Positions 38,093 to 48,631 of a stretch of DNA of 64,000 nt are shown in pieces. Source of the DNA: an uncultured Planctomycetota bacterium (GTDB taxonomy: Bacteria > Planctomycetota > Planctomycetia > Isosphaerales > Isosphaeraceae); the NCBI GenBank assembly GCA_963823665.1, contig CAWGMQ010000006.1, forward strand, positions 640,001 to 704,000, written 5' to 3'. The first letter of the stretch is position 1, and the number at the start of each line of letters is the position of its first letter. A program made the position numbers and the translations under genes. The notes under the pieces were generated by a model that ran no database searches, was not told the DNA's origin, and was given only the letters and a program-made list of their open reading frames with translations.

Positions 38093-39688
38093 TTAGCGAA
38101 CCGCCTTGGCAAGCCCGACAGAAGCCGGGCGACTCGTGGCGACGGTAGTCGGGGTTTCAGACAATGAACCGGAGTGAGCTCGGCGAGCGACCGGCTGGGG
38201 GCTGACCGGCTGAGGACTCTTCGGCAGCGTCTTATCGGGGGCCTCGGTCGCGATTTTCTCGGCGCCCGATGTCGGCAGCACCTCGACGGGGCCGCCGTCG
38301 GCGAGGACCGAGAGGTCGCCCAGGATCACCTCTTCCGAGCCGTTGGCAGGTCCCCAGGGGTCGGTGCCCTCCGGCGCGGGCGCTTGCTGGAGCCCCGTGA
38401 TCTCGATGTACTTGTCGTTGCTCACGCCCGTTTGAACTTCAGTTCTGACGGCCTTGCCGTTCTCATGTTGCCAGCAGTAGGTCTTCTCACCGCTGTAGGA
38501 GAGGGCCGCCAGCGGCAGCGTGCGCACGTTGGGACGCTCGATGATCACCTTGGCGTAGGCGTACATGCCTGGCAGGAGCTGGCTTTTGGGGTTGGTCAGG
38601 TCGATCTCGGCACGGAGCGTCCGGCTCTTGGTGTTCAGGGCCCACGACGTACGGGTGACTTTGCCCGCAATCGGCTGGTCGCGATACGCCTTGGCGACGA
38701 CGGTCGCCTTGGTGCCGACTTGCACGTAGTTGGCATCCTGCTCCGGGATATCGACAAAGATCCGTACGATGTCGAGGCGGTCGACCACGTAGATCGGCGC
38801 GGCGGTTCCGCCGGGAGAGAGGTGGGGCGAGCTCTCCATCGCGGTCGGGTCACCGGATGAGGGTAGGACGAAATCGAACGTGTTGGCGTTGCGGCCGACG
38901 ATCACGCCGTCGAACGGCGCGGGGAGCTTCAGGTAGCCGACCCACGCCTCGAGCCGCTTGGCCTCGCTCACGGCCACGGAGAGGTCGGCCCGGGCGACCT
39001 CGACTTCGACCGTATCTTTCTCGAGGGTGGACTGTTTGGAGAGCAGGTCTGCTTCGGCCTTGGCGATGCTGGCGGACGCGGCCGAGCGGGCCGCGGTGCT
39101 GGCCTTCAACTGGTTAGTCGACTCGAGCAGGATCTGCGGATCGACGATGCCCCGCTCGACTTCATGCTTGAGCCGTTTGACTTCGGAGTCCCAGCGCTCG
39201 ACCTCGGCCTCGAACTTGTCGTAGATCGCTTTGGCTTCCTTGAGGCTGGCCTCGGCGGCGCGCACGTCGGCCTCGGCAACCTTGACGACCTTGATGGCCC
39301 GCTCGACCCGCTGTTCATCCAGCTTGACGGTCGCCCTCTTCGTCCCGAAGTCCTCGACCAGCTCGGGCACGTACAACGTTGCCAGAGTGTCTCCCTTCTT
39401 CACGCGGTCGCCGATGTCGACGTTCCATTTCTCGATGTAGCCCGTCATCTTGGGAAACACCGATGATCGCTCGTAGCTTTCGATAAAGCTGGGCTGGCCG
39501 ACGATGCGCACGATCGTTCGCAGCTCTGGCTTGACCACGTGAACCGCAGGGGGTTTGGTGACAGTGTTGACCGTGCCCTTTTCCTCGTGGCCACAGCCGG
39601 CAGCGGCTCCGGCCGCAAACAGAGCGGTGATCATCAGCACCGAGGCGGGAAGCCGATCGGAAGTCGCAGACCAGAGCGTGCCAGGCAT
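38093..39688 (-). CDS. RND periplasmic adaptor (MFP5), lipoprotein
   Basis: Start MPGTLWS chosen by homology to MFP4 and a GGAG RBS; AAAGC lipobox. Confidence 0.92.
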   Translation of the reverse strand: MPGTLWSATSDRLPASVLMITALFAAGAAAGCGHEEKGTVNTVTKPPAVHVVKPELRTIVRIVGQPSFIESYERSSVFPKMTGYIEKWNVDIGDRVKKGDTLATLYVPELVEDFGTKRATVKLDEQRVERAIKVVKVAEADVRAAEASLKEAKAIYDKFEAEVERWDSEVKRLKHEVERGIVDPQILLESTNQLKASTAARSAASASIAKAEADLLSKQSTLEKDTVEVEVARADLSVAVSEAKRLEAWVGYLKLPAPFDGVIVGRNANTFDFVLPSSGDPTAMESSPHLSPGGTAAPIYVVDRLDIVRIFVDIPEQDANYVQVGTKATVVAKAYRDQPIAGKVTRTSWALNTKSRTLRAEIDLTNPKSQLLPGMYAYAKVIIERPNVRTLPLAALSYSGEKTYCWQHENGKAVRTEVQTGVSNDKYIEITGLQQAPAPEGTDPWGPANGSEEVILGDLSVLADGGPVEVLPTSGAEKIATEAPDKTLPKSPQPVSPQPVARRAHSGSLSETPTTVATSRPASVGLAKAVR

Positions 39689-39789
39689 CAGTGATCTCCA
39701 GGATATGGGGCGGCGTGCCAAAGCGGCCGCCCCTTGGGTTTTTCCGAGTTCAACGTGCATCAATGCTCTCCAAGTAAGAAGGTAGTGAC

Positions 39790-42700
39790 TCATTCAGATT
39801 CTCCGGAGGATTGGAGCTCCTCCTCGATCGCGTCGGCAGACGACGCCGGAAGTTCGCTCTCATCGGGGGCATGGCTCTGCGCGGCTGCTGGGGTCGCGAA
39901 GACCAGCGGGTCGTAGAGGCGGCTCTCGGGGTCGTCGGGGTAGATCGACGGCGAGTGTGCGACTTTCGACCCGACGATGACGGCGAAAATCGAGGGGACG
40001 ACCAGCAAGGTGGCGAATGTCGACATCACCAGGCCGCCGATGACCGCCAGGCCCAGCGGGGCCTGCATCTGGCTTCCTTTCTCGAGTGCCAGCGCCATGG
40101 GCACCATGCCTACTGTCATGGCGCAGGCCGTCATCAAGATGGGTCGCAGCCGCTCGCTTGCACCGAGGATCGCCGCCTGTATCGAGGTGGCTCCCCGTTT
40201 CCAGTGCTCGTCGATGAACGTCACGAGCATGACCGAGTTCGACACCGAGACGCCCAGGCACATGATCGAGCCCATGAACGACTCGATGTTGAGCGATGTG
40301 TTGCTGAAGTAGAGAATCACCGCGATGCCGGCGAGCACTCCCGGCACGGCGCCGACGGAAATCAGGGCCAGCCGCGGCGATTGGAAATAGGCGGTGAGTA
40401 GCACGAAGATCACGAACACGGCGACCGCCAGTCCGATCGAGAGCGCTTTGAACATCTCGATCATGGGGGGAAGCTGACCCATCTTCTCGACGCGTACGCC
40501 GCGCGGCGGCTCGCCGGCGGCATCGATGGCCTTCGCCACTTGATTCGAGGCCCGGCCCATGTCCTCCCCCTCGACATTGGCCGTGAGCGTCAAGTAGCGC
40601 TGCGACATATCGCGATCCAGCTCGCCGGGTCGCACTCCCGTTCGCACGGTTGCCACGTCGCGGAGCATCAGGTTGACCTCGGGGTTGACCGACTGGAGCG
40701 GGAGGGTTTCGAGGTCTTCAGGCTTTTCCATGCGCAGGGGGGGAACCTGAAGCTGCACCAGGTAGTCGAACCCCGTCTTGACGTCGACCCAGTAATTCAG
40801 CGAATGGAACCGGGTTGACGCCGTGGACAGCACGAGTGCGTGGGCCACGTCTTCGACCCGCGCCCGGAGAGGCCCGCTTTCTCGCGGTCGATATCGATCT
40901 CCACGCTGGGATAGTCGAGCATCTGTTCGAATCCCACGTCCCGCAGCGAGGGAATCCGCTTCATCTCGGCCCGGATTTTCTCGGCATGCTGGCGCACCAG
41001 CTTGAGATCGGTGCCGACCACGCGCACGGCGATCGGGGTCATCGAGCCGAAGCTCATCACCGCCGAGACGATGTCGCCGGGCTCGAATCCGAAGGTGGCC
41101 TGCTGTGCTTGCTGCAAAGCCACTTCGCGGGACAAGCCTCCTTGTTCAATCCGGTCTGCCAGCCAGGGGATCACGCGTTTCGGAAGGACCTCTCGCAGCG
41201 TTTCGCGAAAACCCGCGAGTTTGATCTTGGCATCTTCGGTGAAGGCCACGCGAAGCTGGCCGTCGTCGGGCCCGCGCATGAAGAGCACCATGTTGTCAAT
41301 GCCGAAGTTGGGGGCAACCTGCCCCACGAAGCCCATGGTGATATCGATGTTCTCGGCCTTTGCCTCAGTCTCGATCACTTCGAGGCACTTCACCGCCATC
41401 TGGCGGGTCAACTCGAAATTCGAGCCCGGCGGCGGCCGGAACCGCAGCACGAACTGGCCCGAATCGATCTGCGGGAACAATTCCCTGCCGACTTGCATCC
41501 CGAGCAGGCCCAGGAGTAGCCCGCAACCGACTATGTAGCCCGGCACCACCACCCAGCGCAAGTGCACGAACCAGTGCACCACGCCGCCGTAAACCTTGAG
41601 CATCCGGTCGAAGAGCCCCTGCTTCTGCTGACCTTCCGCACCATGGCCGCCGTGCCCATGCCCACTATGCTTGAGCAGACTCACGCAGAGGACCGGCACG
41701 AACGTACTCGACAGCAGATAGGAAGAGATCATGGCAAAGCCCACCCCCAGGGTCAGCGGCATGAACAGCGAACGCAAAGGGTCGGCCATGATGAACGCGG
41801 GGATGAACACCGAGAGAATACAGAGCAACGCGAGCAACCGAGGCACCGCCGTCGCATTGCTCGCGTGCAGCACGGCGGAAGCGATGTTATTGGTGCGGCC
41901 CATCTGAACGTGCACGTTCTCGATGGTAACCGTCGCCTCGTCGACCAGAATGCCGATTGCCAGGGCCATGCCGCCTAAGGACATGATGTTGATCGTGTTG
42001 CCGGTCACCCACAGCCCGAACAGTGATCCGAGAAGGGCAAGCGGAATGTTGGAAACAACCACGATCACGCTGCGCACGTCACCCAGGAACAAAAGAATCA
42101 TGAGCCCCGTCAGTGCGGCGCCGATCAAGCCTTCCGTGGCCACGCTCTCGACCGCCGCCCTCACCGTGGGCGACTCGTCGAACTCGAAGTTGACCTTCAC
42201 ATCCTTGGGAACGGCTTCCCGGAATTCCTTCATGTGCTTGTGCACGTCATCCACGACCGTCAGTGTCGAGCCGGTGTCCTTCTTGATGATGGGCAGATAG
42301 ACCGATTTCTTGCCGTTGACCAGCGCATATCCGTAGGTGATATCGGTATCGTCCGAAATGGTGGCCACGTCTCGCAGATAGACGTTTTTTCCCAGCTTGA
42401 GTGGTATGTTGCCCAGTAGCTGAGGGTCCACCACGGTCGCATTGTTGGCGACGAGCGGCATCGAGTCCTTGACGTAGATGTTTCCGGCCGGAATGATCGT
42501 GTTTCCTGTCGCCACCGCTTCGATCACCTGCTGCGGCGTGATGTTGTAGTCGAGCAGCTTCTGGGGGTTGACATTGATGACGATCGACCGCATGTTCGGG
42601 CCGAACGGCGAGATGGCCACCGTCCCGGGCACGTACTTCTGGACCAGCGGCCGGATCACGTTCTGCGCATAGTCGCCCATCTGACCCAGCGATGTCTCGT

Positions 42701-43136
42701 CGCTCTCGAAGACGAGGTAGCCGACGGGAACGCTTCCCGAATCCATGCGCATGATCATGGGGGGCAATGTCCCCTTGGGCATCCACGACATGGCCCGGTC
42801 CGACATCGCAACGACCTGGGCCATCGCCTGTCCCATGTCGGTGCCCGGGAAGAACGACAGCCGGCACAAGGCGACCTGCTGGATGTTGCGCGTGTCGATA
42901 TCCTGAATGCCGTCAACGTACTGAAAGTACAGCTCGAGCTGGTTCACGATGAACCCCTCGACCTGATCGGGGCTCATGCCGATGTAGTCGAGGAATACAT
43001 AGATCTTGGGGGTGTTGAGCGATGGAAAAATATCGACGCGCATCCGGGTGTAAGCCAGCGCGCCGCCGCTAATGAGGGCGACGACGAGCATGAGCGTGGT
43101 GATCGGCCGCCGCATCGCGAAGACGGTCGGATTCAT
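39790..43136 (-). CDS. RND efflux permease subunit (RND3), frameshift near 40863
   Basis: ORFs 40797-43136 and 39790-40848 tile one RND; one base missing at REKAGLSG/ARVEDVAHA. Confidence 0.9.
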
Positions 43137-43420
43137 TTATGAGAGCTCCAGGTCGGGTTCGGTCGAATGCAACATGAATTTGACCATTCGGCGCAAGCCA
43201 GAAGTTCTTTTTTCCAGGCGTGGTACACCCTTCGTGAAAATCGCGCGTTAGCAATCGCGCGACACTCGCGGCTCACGTTCTACTGCGGCGCGACAATCGC
43301 GCGACGAATCCGAATGTCAGAACGTCGAGGACTGCCTCGCGGGCAAGCGGAGAAGCTCGCTTGTGCGGGCTCTTGGCGTGCGGTCGACGCAGCAGGGGCG
43401 CATGCGAACCGACATCCAGC

Positions 43421-43780
43421 TCAACATCGCAACGGATGCACGGTCGCCGCGAGGCCGACCGAGATGAGGTTTTGGCCGAATTTGGAGAGGGGAGTAGAGG
43501 CGGGGTCGACCAAGAATCCAGCCAGATGACCGGCCTCGGCCAGTTTCTCTTCGTCCGATTCCGATGCAATAGCTTTGACTTGAACCAAACGCGACGGCAC
43601 CTGATTCACGGAGGTTGGAGCGGAAAGCTTGCCAAAGGCGAAGGTGCGGCCAGCGGTGTCGTTGCCGGCAAGCGCGCCGAGCATCTTCGATGGCCGTACC
43701 GGCGACGTGAGCACCGTCGCAAGCAGGGCCAGCGCCGAGAGCAGCCGAACTCCGTTGCCTTGAACGCTGAGTGTAAACAT
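43421..43780 (-). CDS. Small hypothetical protein with N-terminal hydrophobic segment and C-terminal PLRC (candidate leader ORF of the RND3 operon)
   Basis: 119 aa; LLSALALLATVL; ends TVHPLRC; co-oriented and 284 bp upstream of RND3. Confidence 0.55.
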   Translation of the reverse strand: MFTLSVQGNGVRLLSALALLATVLTSPVRPSKMLGALAGNDTAGRTFAFGKLSAPTSVNQVPSRLVQVKAIASESDEEKLAEAGHLAGFLVDPASTPLSKFGQNLISVGLAATVHPLRC

Positions 43781-43991
43781 CAGCCCTTCAGAATCTGGAG
43801 CCCAATGAATCCATATAACTCTTATCTTAGACGAAAGCGATTGTCAAGCTTCAGCCGTGAGGTTAGGACGATCGATCCTCGACCAATGCACACGTACATC
43901 CTCGGGCGGATGGACTCTTGCGGTCGAATTCAGCCTGACTGGTCCCGGAGAGACACAACCGCCTCGCGATTTATGATTTAGGACGCGAATG

Positions 43992-44060
43992 CAACATTTT
44001 TTACGCAATCGTGTCGGCCGAGAGCGTGGACTGGCAATTCACGTGTAGACCGCGACCGAG
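43992..44060 (+). promoter_or_regulatory. 69-bp conserved intergenic element, copy A (copy B 50260-50328)
   Basis: About 54/69 ungapped identity by hand; shared TGGCAATT and TGTAGACCGCGACCGAG. Confidence 0.65.
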
Positions 44061-44084
44061 CCAAGCTGAGCCGTCTTCGTCAGT

Positions 44085-44665
44085 GTGTTTCAGGCGGGGA
44101 TCTTTGGCCTGGGACCCAATAGCAGCCTCAACCAGTGGGCCGGTCGCGTCGACGTCAGCCTTCAGGCAATCTGGCAGCTCGACGGTTTCGGTTTTGGAAA
44201 CCTGGCGCGGATCAAGCAGCAGCGAGGCGAGCAGTCCGCGGCGATCGTCGAGCTATTCCACGCTCAGGACCGCGTCTCGGCTGAAGTGACCGAAGCTCAG
44301 GCACACCTGCAATCGGCCGCGGCGCGGGTCGGCCAGGCCCACCGGCGCTGCGGACGGCGATCATTACCCTTAATGGAAACTATGAAGGCCTGCGCCAGAC
44401 CACCCGTCTAGGCGACGTGCTGGTGCTGGTGTACCGTCCGCAGGAGGCGGTCTACGCACTCGAGCTGCTCATGTTCGCCTACAACGAGTACTTCACCACG
44501 GTCGCCGAATATAATCGCGCGCAATTCCATTTGTACCTCGCGCTTGGCTACCCGGCCCGAGAGCTCGCGCACGTCCGGCCCCCCGGTCCCGTCGAGCCCG
44601 TCGACACGGAGCGGCCAGACTATTTGCCGCGGGTGGGCAATGGTCCGCCGCCGGCGACCCGGTGA
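44085..44665 (+). pseudogene. C-terminal third of a fifth TolC-like OMF (OMF5), 5'-deleted, frameshift near 44345
   Basis: FQAGIFGLGPNSSLNQW...GNLARIKQQRG... and ...YNRAQF...NGPPPATR; no signal peptide or N-terminal half upstream. Confidence 0.88.
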
Positions 44666-44695
44666 GCGACGACTTCCAGCCGCAGATCGGTATGG

Positions 44696-46165
44696 TCAAG
44701 CCAGGATTTGCTTGATCACGTTCCCGTGCACGTCGGTCAGCCGGAAATCCCGGCCCTGGAAGCGGTACGTCAACCGGGTATGGTCCATTCCGAGCAGGTG
44801 AAGCAGCGTCGCCTGGATGTCGTGGACGTGCACGGGGTTTTCGGTGACGTGGAACCCCAGCTCGTCGGTTGCTCCCAGGGTGAAGCCTGGCTTCAGCCCT
44901 CCTCCGGCCATAAAGAACGTATTGGCGAAGGGATGGTGATCGCGGCCGATGTAGGCGCCTGCGGCCGTGCGCCCTTCGCGGAACGGGGTACGGCCGAACT
45001 CGCCCATCCAGACGACGAGCGTTTCATCCAGGAGGCCGCGGCGTGATAGGTCCTTGATCAAGGCCGACACGGCTTGATCCATCGCGGAGCAGCGTTTTAC
45101 CAGGTTGTCGCCGATGTCTTCGCCGGCGTTCGTGCCGTGGAAATCCCAGCCCCAGTCAAAGAGCTGAACGAAGCGCACGCCCTTCTCGATCAGGCGACGG
45201 GCGAGCAAGCAGTTGTTCGAGAAACTGGCAGCGCCTGGCTGCGCGCCATACTCCTCGAGCACGCGCGGCGGCTCGCGGGAGATGTCCATCAGCTCGGGAA
45301 CGACGAGTTGCATCCGGAACGCCAGCTCGTAGCCGGCAATCCGGGTGGCGGTCTCGGGGTGATTGAGCTCGGCGGCCTGGAGGCGGTTCATCTCGTTGAG
45401 CGCGTCGAGACTGGCGCGACGCAGAGAACGGCTCATTCCCTCGGGGTCGGAGAGGTAGAGAACCGGGTCTCCTCCAGTTCGACACTGGACGCCCTGATAG
45501 ACCGATGGCAGGAAACCGTTGCCCCAGCCGCTCTTGCCTGCGCTCGGAAGCGACCCGCCCGAGACGAACACGATGAATCCGGGCAAGTCGCGATTCTCAG
45601 AGCCCAGGCCATAGGTGACCCACGAGCCAAGAGAAGGGCGGCCGGCAGTGCGGGGGATTCCGGTCAGCAACAAGAGCTCGGCCGGGCCGTGGTTGAACTG
45701 ATCGGTGTACATCGATTTCACGAACGTGAGCCGGTCAGCGATCTCGGCCAGCCGGGGCATTGCGGCGGAGATCCATGCGCCTGAATCACCGTGCTGGCGG
45801 AACTTTTGCGGCGTTCCCTGGAGCTTGGGCGTTCCGCTTGTGAACGCGAATGGCTTGCCCGAGGTGAGCGAGGGCGGGCAGTCCTGGCCGGTTCGTTTGA
45901 TCAGGTCGGGTTTATAATCAAATAGATCGAGATGTGGCGGACCGCCGGCCATGCTCAGGAAGATGACGTTCTTGACCTTGGCGGCGAAATGCGGAGGCTT
46001 GGGCGCGAAGGGGTCATCGTCATTCTGAGGCGTGAGAGTTCGGGCGCGACCTTGGCGGTCGAGCAGCGTCGCCAGGGCCAACCCGCCCAGGCCGAGTGAG
46101 CCCGTGCCGAGAAAATGCCGGCGGGTCTGCGCTGCGATCAGGTCGAGAGGACGGGCGGTTGTCAT
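44696..46165 (-). CDS. DUF1501 domain protein (planctomycete, Tat signal)
   Basis: TRRHFL Tat motif; GGPPHLDLFDYKP; ARRLIEKGVRFVQL; WDFH; GEFGRTP; GRDHHP; HDIQATLLHLLG. Confidence 0.93.
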   Translation of the reverse strand: MTTARPLDLIAAQTRRHFLGTGSLGLGGLALATLLDRQGRARTLTPQNDDDPFAPKPPHFAAKVKNVIFLSMAGGPPHLDLFDYKPDLIKRTGQDCPPSLTSGKPFAFTSGTPKLQGTPQKFRQHGDSGAWISAAMPRLAEIADRLTFVKSMYTDQFNHGPAELLLLTGIPRTAGRPSLGSWVTYGLGSENRDLPGFIVFVSGGSLPSAGKSGWGNGFLPSVYQGVQCRTGGDPVLYLSDPEGMSRSLRRASLDALNEMNRLQAAELNHPETATRIAGYELAFRMQLVVPELMDISREPPRVLEEYGAQPGAASFSNNCLLARRLIEKGVRFVQLFDWGWDFHGTNAGEDIGDNLVKRCSAMDQAVSALIKDLSRRGLLDETLVVWMGEFGRTPFREGRTAAGAYIGRDHHPFANTFFMAGGGLKPGFTLGATDELGFHVTENPVHVHDIQATLLHLLGMDHTRLTYRFQGRDFRLTDVHGNVIKQILA

Positions 46166-46221
46166 GGTTCTTGTCGTCTCTGCCTGAAGTTGAGGGGCCT
46201 TCCGCTCCCGGTCAGCTTTGC

Positions 46222-48540
46222 TCAGCGGCGGGCAAGCGTTTCGTCGAGGTTCAAGAGGACGTTGCCGACGACGGTCCAGGCGGCTGCATCGAGCGGATCG
46301 GCTCCGGCGGGCATGGGGCCGATGGGCTTGGTCGCCAGGGCGACGGCGCTTGCAGGCTCTCTTGCAAGGGACGCTCGGGCGGTTTCGTACAAAGCGGCGA
46401 GCGTGCGTGTCTCGGCTTCGGTCGGGTGGCGCTGGAGCACCGTCCTGACACCGAAGGCGGCTTTCGAGCGAGTGGTGGGCCCGCCTTCGTGAATGATCCG
46501 GCGCGCAAGCGACTGGGCAGCCTCGACGAAGACTGGATCGTTGAGTGTGACCAGCGCCTGGATCGGCGTGTTGGTGCGGGTGCGGCGCATCGAGCAGACC
46601 GCTCGCTCGGGGACGTCGAAGGCGATCATTGACGGATACGGCAGATTTCGCCGCCAGCGGGTGTAGAGGGCGCGACGATGGGCGTCGTTGCCCTGGCTGG
46701 TTTGCCAGTCCGTGCTCTGGCCGAATGCGGCGGCGAGCCCGTTCAAGGGCTGGAACGGGTGCACGGGCGGGCCGAACATCTTGGGGCTCTGCAACCCGGA
46801 AACGGCCAGCGCCTGGTCCCGGATCGACTCGGCCGACAACCGGGACCTGGGCCCGCGGGAGAGGAGCCGGTTGTATGGGTCGACGCGGGCCGCTTGGTCG
46901 CTGACTCGCGACGATTGGCGGTAGGTCGACGACGTGACGATCAGCTTCAGCAGCCGCTTGGTGTCCCAGCCGAGACGAACGTACTCGATGGCCAGCCAGT
47001 CGAGGAGCTCGGGATGGCTGGGCGGCTCACCCTGGATGCCGAACTCCTCGGCCGTCTCGACAATGCCGATCCCGAATATCTCCTGCCAGAGGCGATTGAC
47101 CGCGACGCGGGCCGTCAGCGCGTTGCCGGGGTCGACGATCCAGCTTGCGAAACCAAGGCGGTCGAGCTTCACGCCGGCTTGTGCCGGATGGATCACAGAC
47201 GGGACGCCGGGAGTGACAAGCTCGCCCGGGTTTTGATACTCGCCGCGGATCGCGACATGTGTCGGCCGCGGCGCGATTTCCTTGAGTATGAGTGTCGTCG
47301 TGGCGACCTGGTCGATCGCCGCACGAAGCTGTTTTAACTTTTCGGGCTGGTCCCTGGCTGTCGGCAACCGGGCCGACAGGGTGGCGAACGCGGCATCGCG
47401 GCCGGCGCGGGCCACTTCCAGCGACGGTTCTTCGCTGTTCGAGTCGGCCGTGTTGTTGAAGATGGCGAAGAGCTGGTAATACTCTTTCTGCGTGAAGGGA
47501 TCATATTTGTGATTATGGCATTGAGCGCAACCGATCGTTGTGCCCAGCCAGACCTGCATGGTGGTGTTGACGCGATCGACAACCGAGGCATGGCGGTACT
47601 CCTCGGCGTTGGCCCCACCCTCGGTGTTGTTGGTCGTATTGCGATGAAAACCGGTCGCAATCAGTTGCGAGGCCGTGGCGCCAGGAATCAAGTCGCCGGC
47701 GAGCATCTCGATCGTGAAGCGGTCGTACGAGAGATTCTGGTTGAGTGACTGGATGAGCCAGTCTCTAAAGCGCCAGATGGTGCGGGGAGGGTCGTGGATA
47801 TACCCTTGCGAGTCACCGTAGCGAGCGAGGTCGAGCCAGACGGCGGCCCAGCGTTCGCCGTAGGACGGCCGGGCGAGGATCGCGTCGACGGCTCGCTCGT
47901 AGGCGTCGGGGCGCGGGTCGTTCACGAATTGCTCCACCTGTTCCCATGTGGGCGGCAGGCCTGTCAAATCGAGTGCCGCTCGTCTGAGAATGGCAGGCCG
48001 ATCGGCGGGTGGCGACGGGCGGAGTCCTTCGGCATCGAGCCGCGCGAGGATGAAGCGGTCGATACCGTTCCTGGGCCACGACGGATCGCTCACTTTCGGC
48101 AGCGGATGACGGACGGGGGCGGCGTAAGCCCAGTGCTTGGTGTATGGAGCGTCTTGCTCGATCCAGCGCTTGATGACGTCGATTTCTGCCGGCGTAGGTT
48201 TCTTGCCGAGCTTCCGCGGCGGCATCGCGGCGGATTCGTCGTGGGTGGTGAGCCGGGCGATGACTTCGCTTTCTTCGGGCCTGCCGGGGACGATTGCTCG
48301 TTCGCCGCTGGGCAGCTCGCCGGTGGCCGCGGCGCGATCGTCCAGACGGAGGCCGGCCTTGCGGGCCTTGTCGTCCGGGCCATGACACTGGAAGCAATAC
48401 CTGGAGAGTATTGGCCGAACCTCGCGCGAGAAGTCGACCGGCCGGGGTGATTTACCGGCCGTCGCTGCCGGAGAGTCCGGAGCAACAACGGCGATCGAGA
48501 TTGCCGCGAACAGTAGCGCTATCAAAGACGCACTCGCCAA
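46222..48540 (-). CDS. PSD1/planctomycete cytochrome c protein (DUF1549 + DUF1553)
   Basis: VDFSREVRPIL..CFQCHG; WLDLARYGDS; CAQCHNHKYDP; PSHPELLDWLA; TNTPIQAL. Start codon uncertain. Confidence 0.93.
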   Translation of the reverse strand: MASASLIALLFAAISIAVVAPDSPAATAGKSPRPVDFSREVRPILSRYCFQCHGPDDKARKAGLRLDDRAAATGELPSGERAIVPGRPEESEVIARLTTHDESAAMPPRKLGKKPTPAEIDVIKRWIEQDAPYTKHWAYAAPVRHPLPKVSDPSWPRNGIDRFILARLDAEGLRPSPPADRPAILRRAALDLTGLPPTWEQVEQFVNDPRPDAYERAVDAILARPSYGERWAAVWLDLARYGDSQGYIHDPPRTIWRFRDWLIQSLNQNLSYDRFTIEMLAGDLIPGATASQLIATGFHRNTTNNTEGGANAEEYRHASVVDRVNTTMQVWLGTTIGCAQCHNHKYDPFTQKEYYQLFAIFNNTADSNSEEPSLEVARAGRDAAFATLSARLPTARDQPEKLKQLRAAIDQVATTTLILKEIAPRPTHVAIRGEYQNPGELVTPGVPSVIHPAQAGVKLDRLGFASWIVDPGNALTARVAVNRLWQEIFGIGIVETAEEFGIQGEPPSHPELLDWLAIEYVRLGWDTKRLLKLIVTSSTYRQSSRVSDQAARVDPYNRLLSRGPRSRLSAESIRDQALAVSGLQSPKMFGPPVHPFQPLNGLAAAFGQSTDWQTSQGNDAHRRALYTRWRRNLPYPSMIAFDVPERAVCSMRRTRTNTPIQALVTLNDPVFVEAAQSLARRIIHEGGPTTRSKAAFGVRTVLQRHPTEAETRTLAALYETARASLAREPASAVALATKPIGPMPAGADPLDAAAWTVVGNVLLNLDETLARR

Positions 48541-48631
48541 TAATCGAACGTCTGACCATCCTGTGACCTGCTTGGATGATAGCTGAGCGCCCGTGCGACT
48601 TCAATGAAACGATTGTTGTTGCCACATTGGA

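Noticed and set aside
13200..43136. Assigning czcA/cusA/acrB/mdtBC gene names or heavy-metal specificity
   Set aside because: His-rich loops are present, but diagnostic motifs (CzcA DFG..VD, CusA Met triad) were not identified; substrate cannot be inferred.
20570..44350. Programmed ribosomal frameshifting or phase variation in OMF/RND genes
   Set aside because: No slippery heptamers or long simple-sequence tracts at the shift sites.
44696..48540. DUF1501 + PSD1/cytochrome c pair as a novel system
   Set aside because: Function is unknown, but this is a very common multi-copy planctomycete gene pair.
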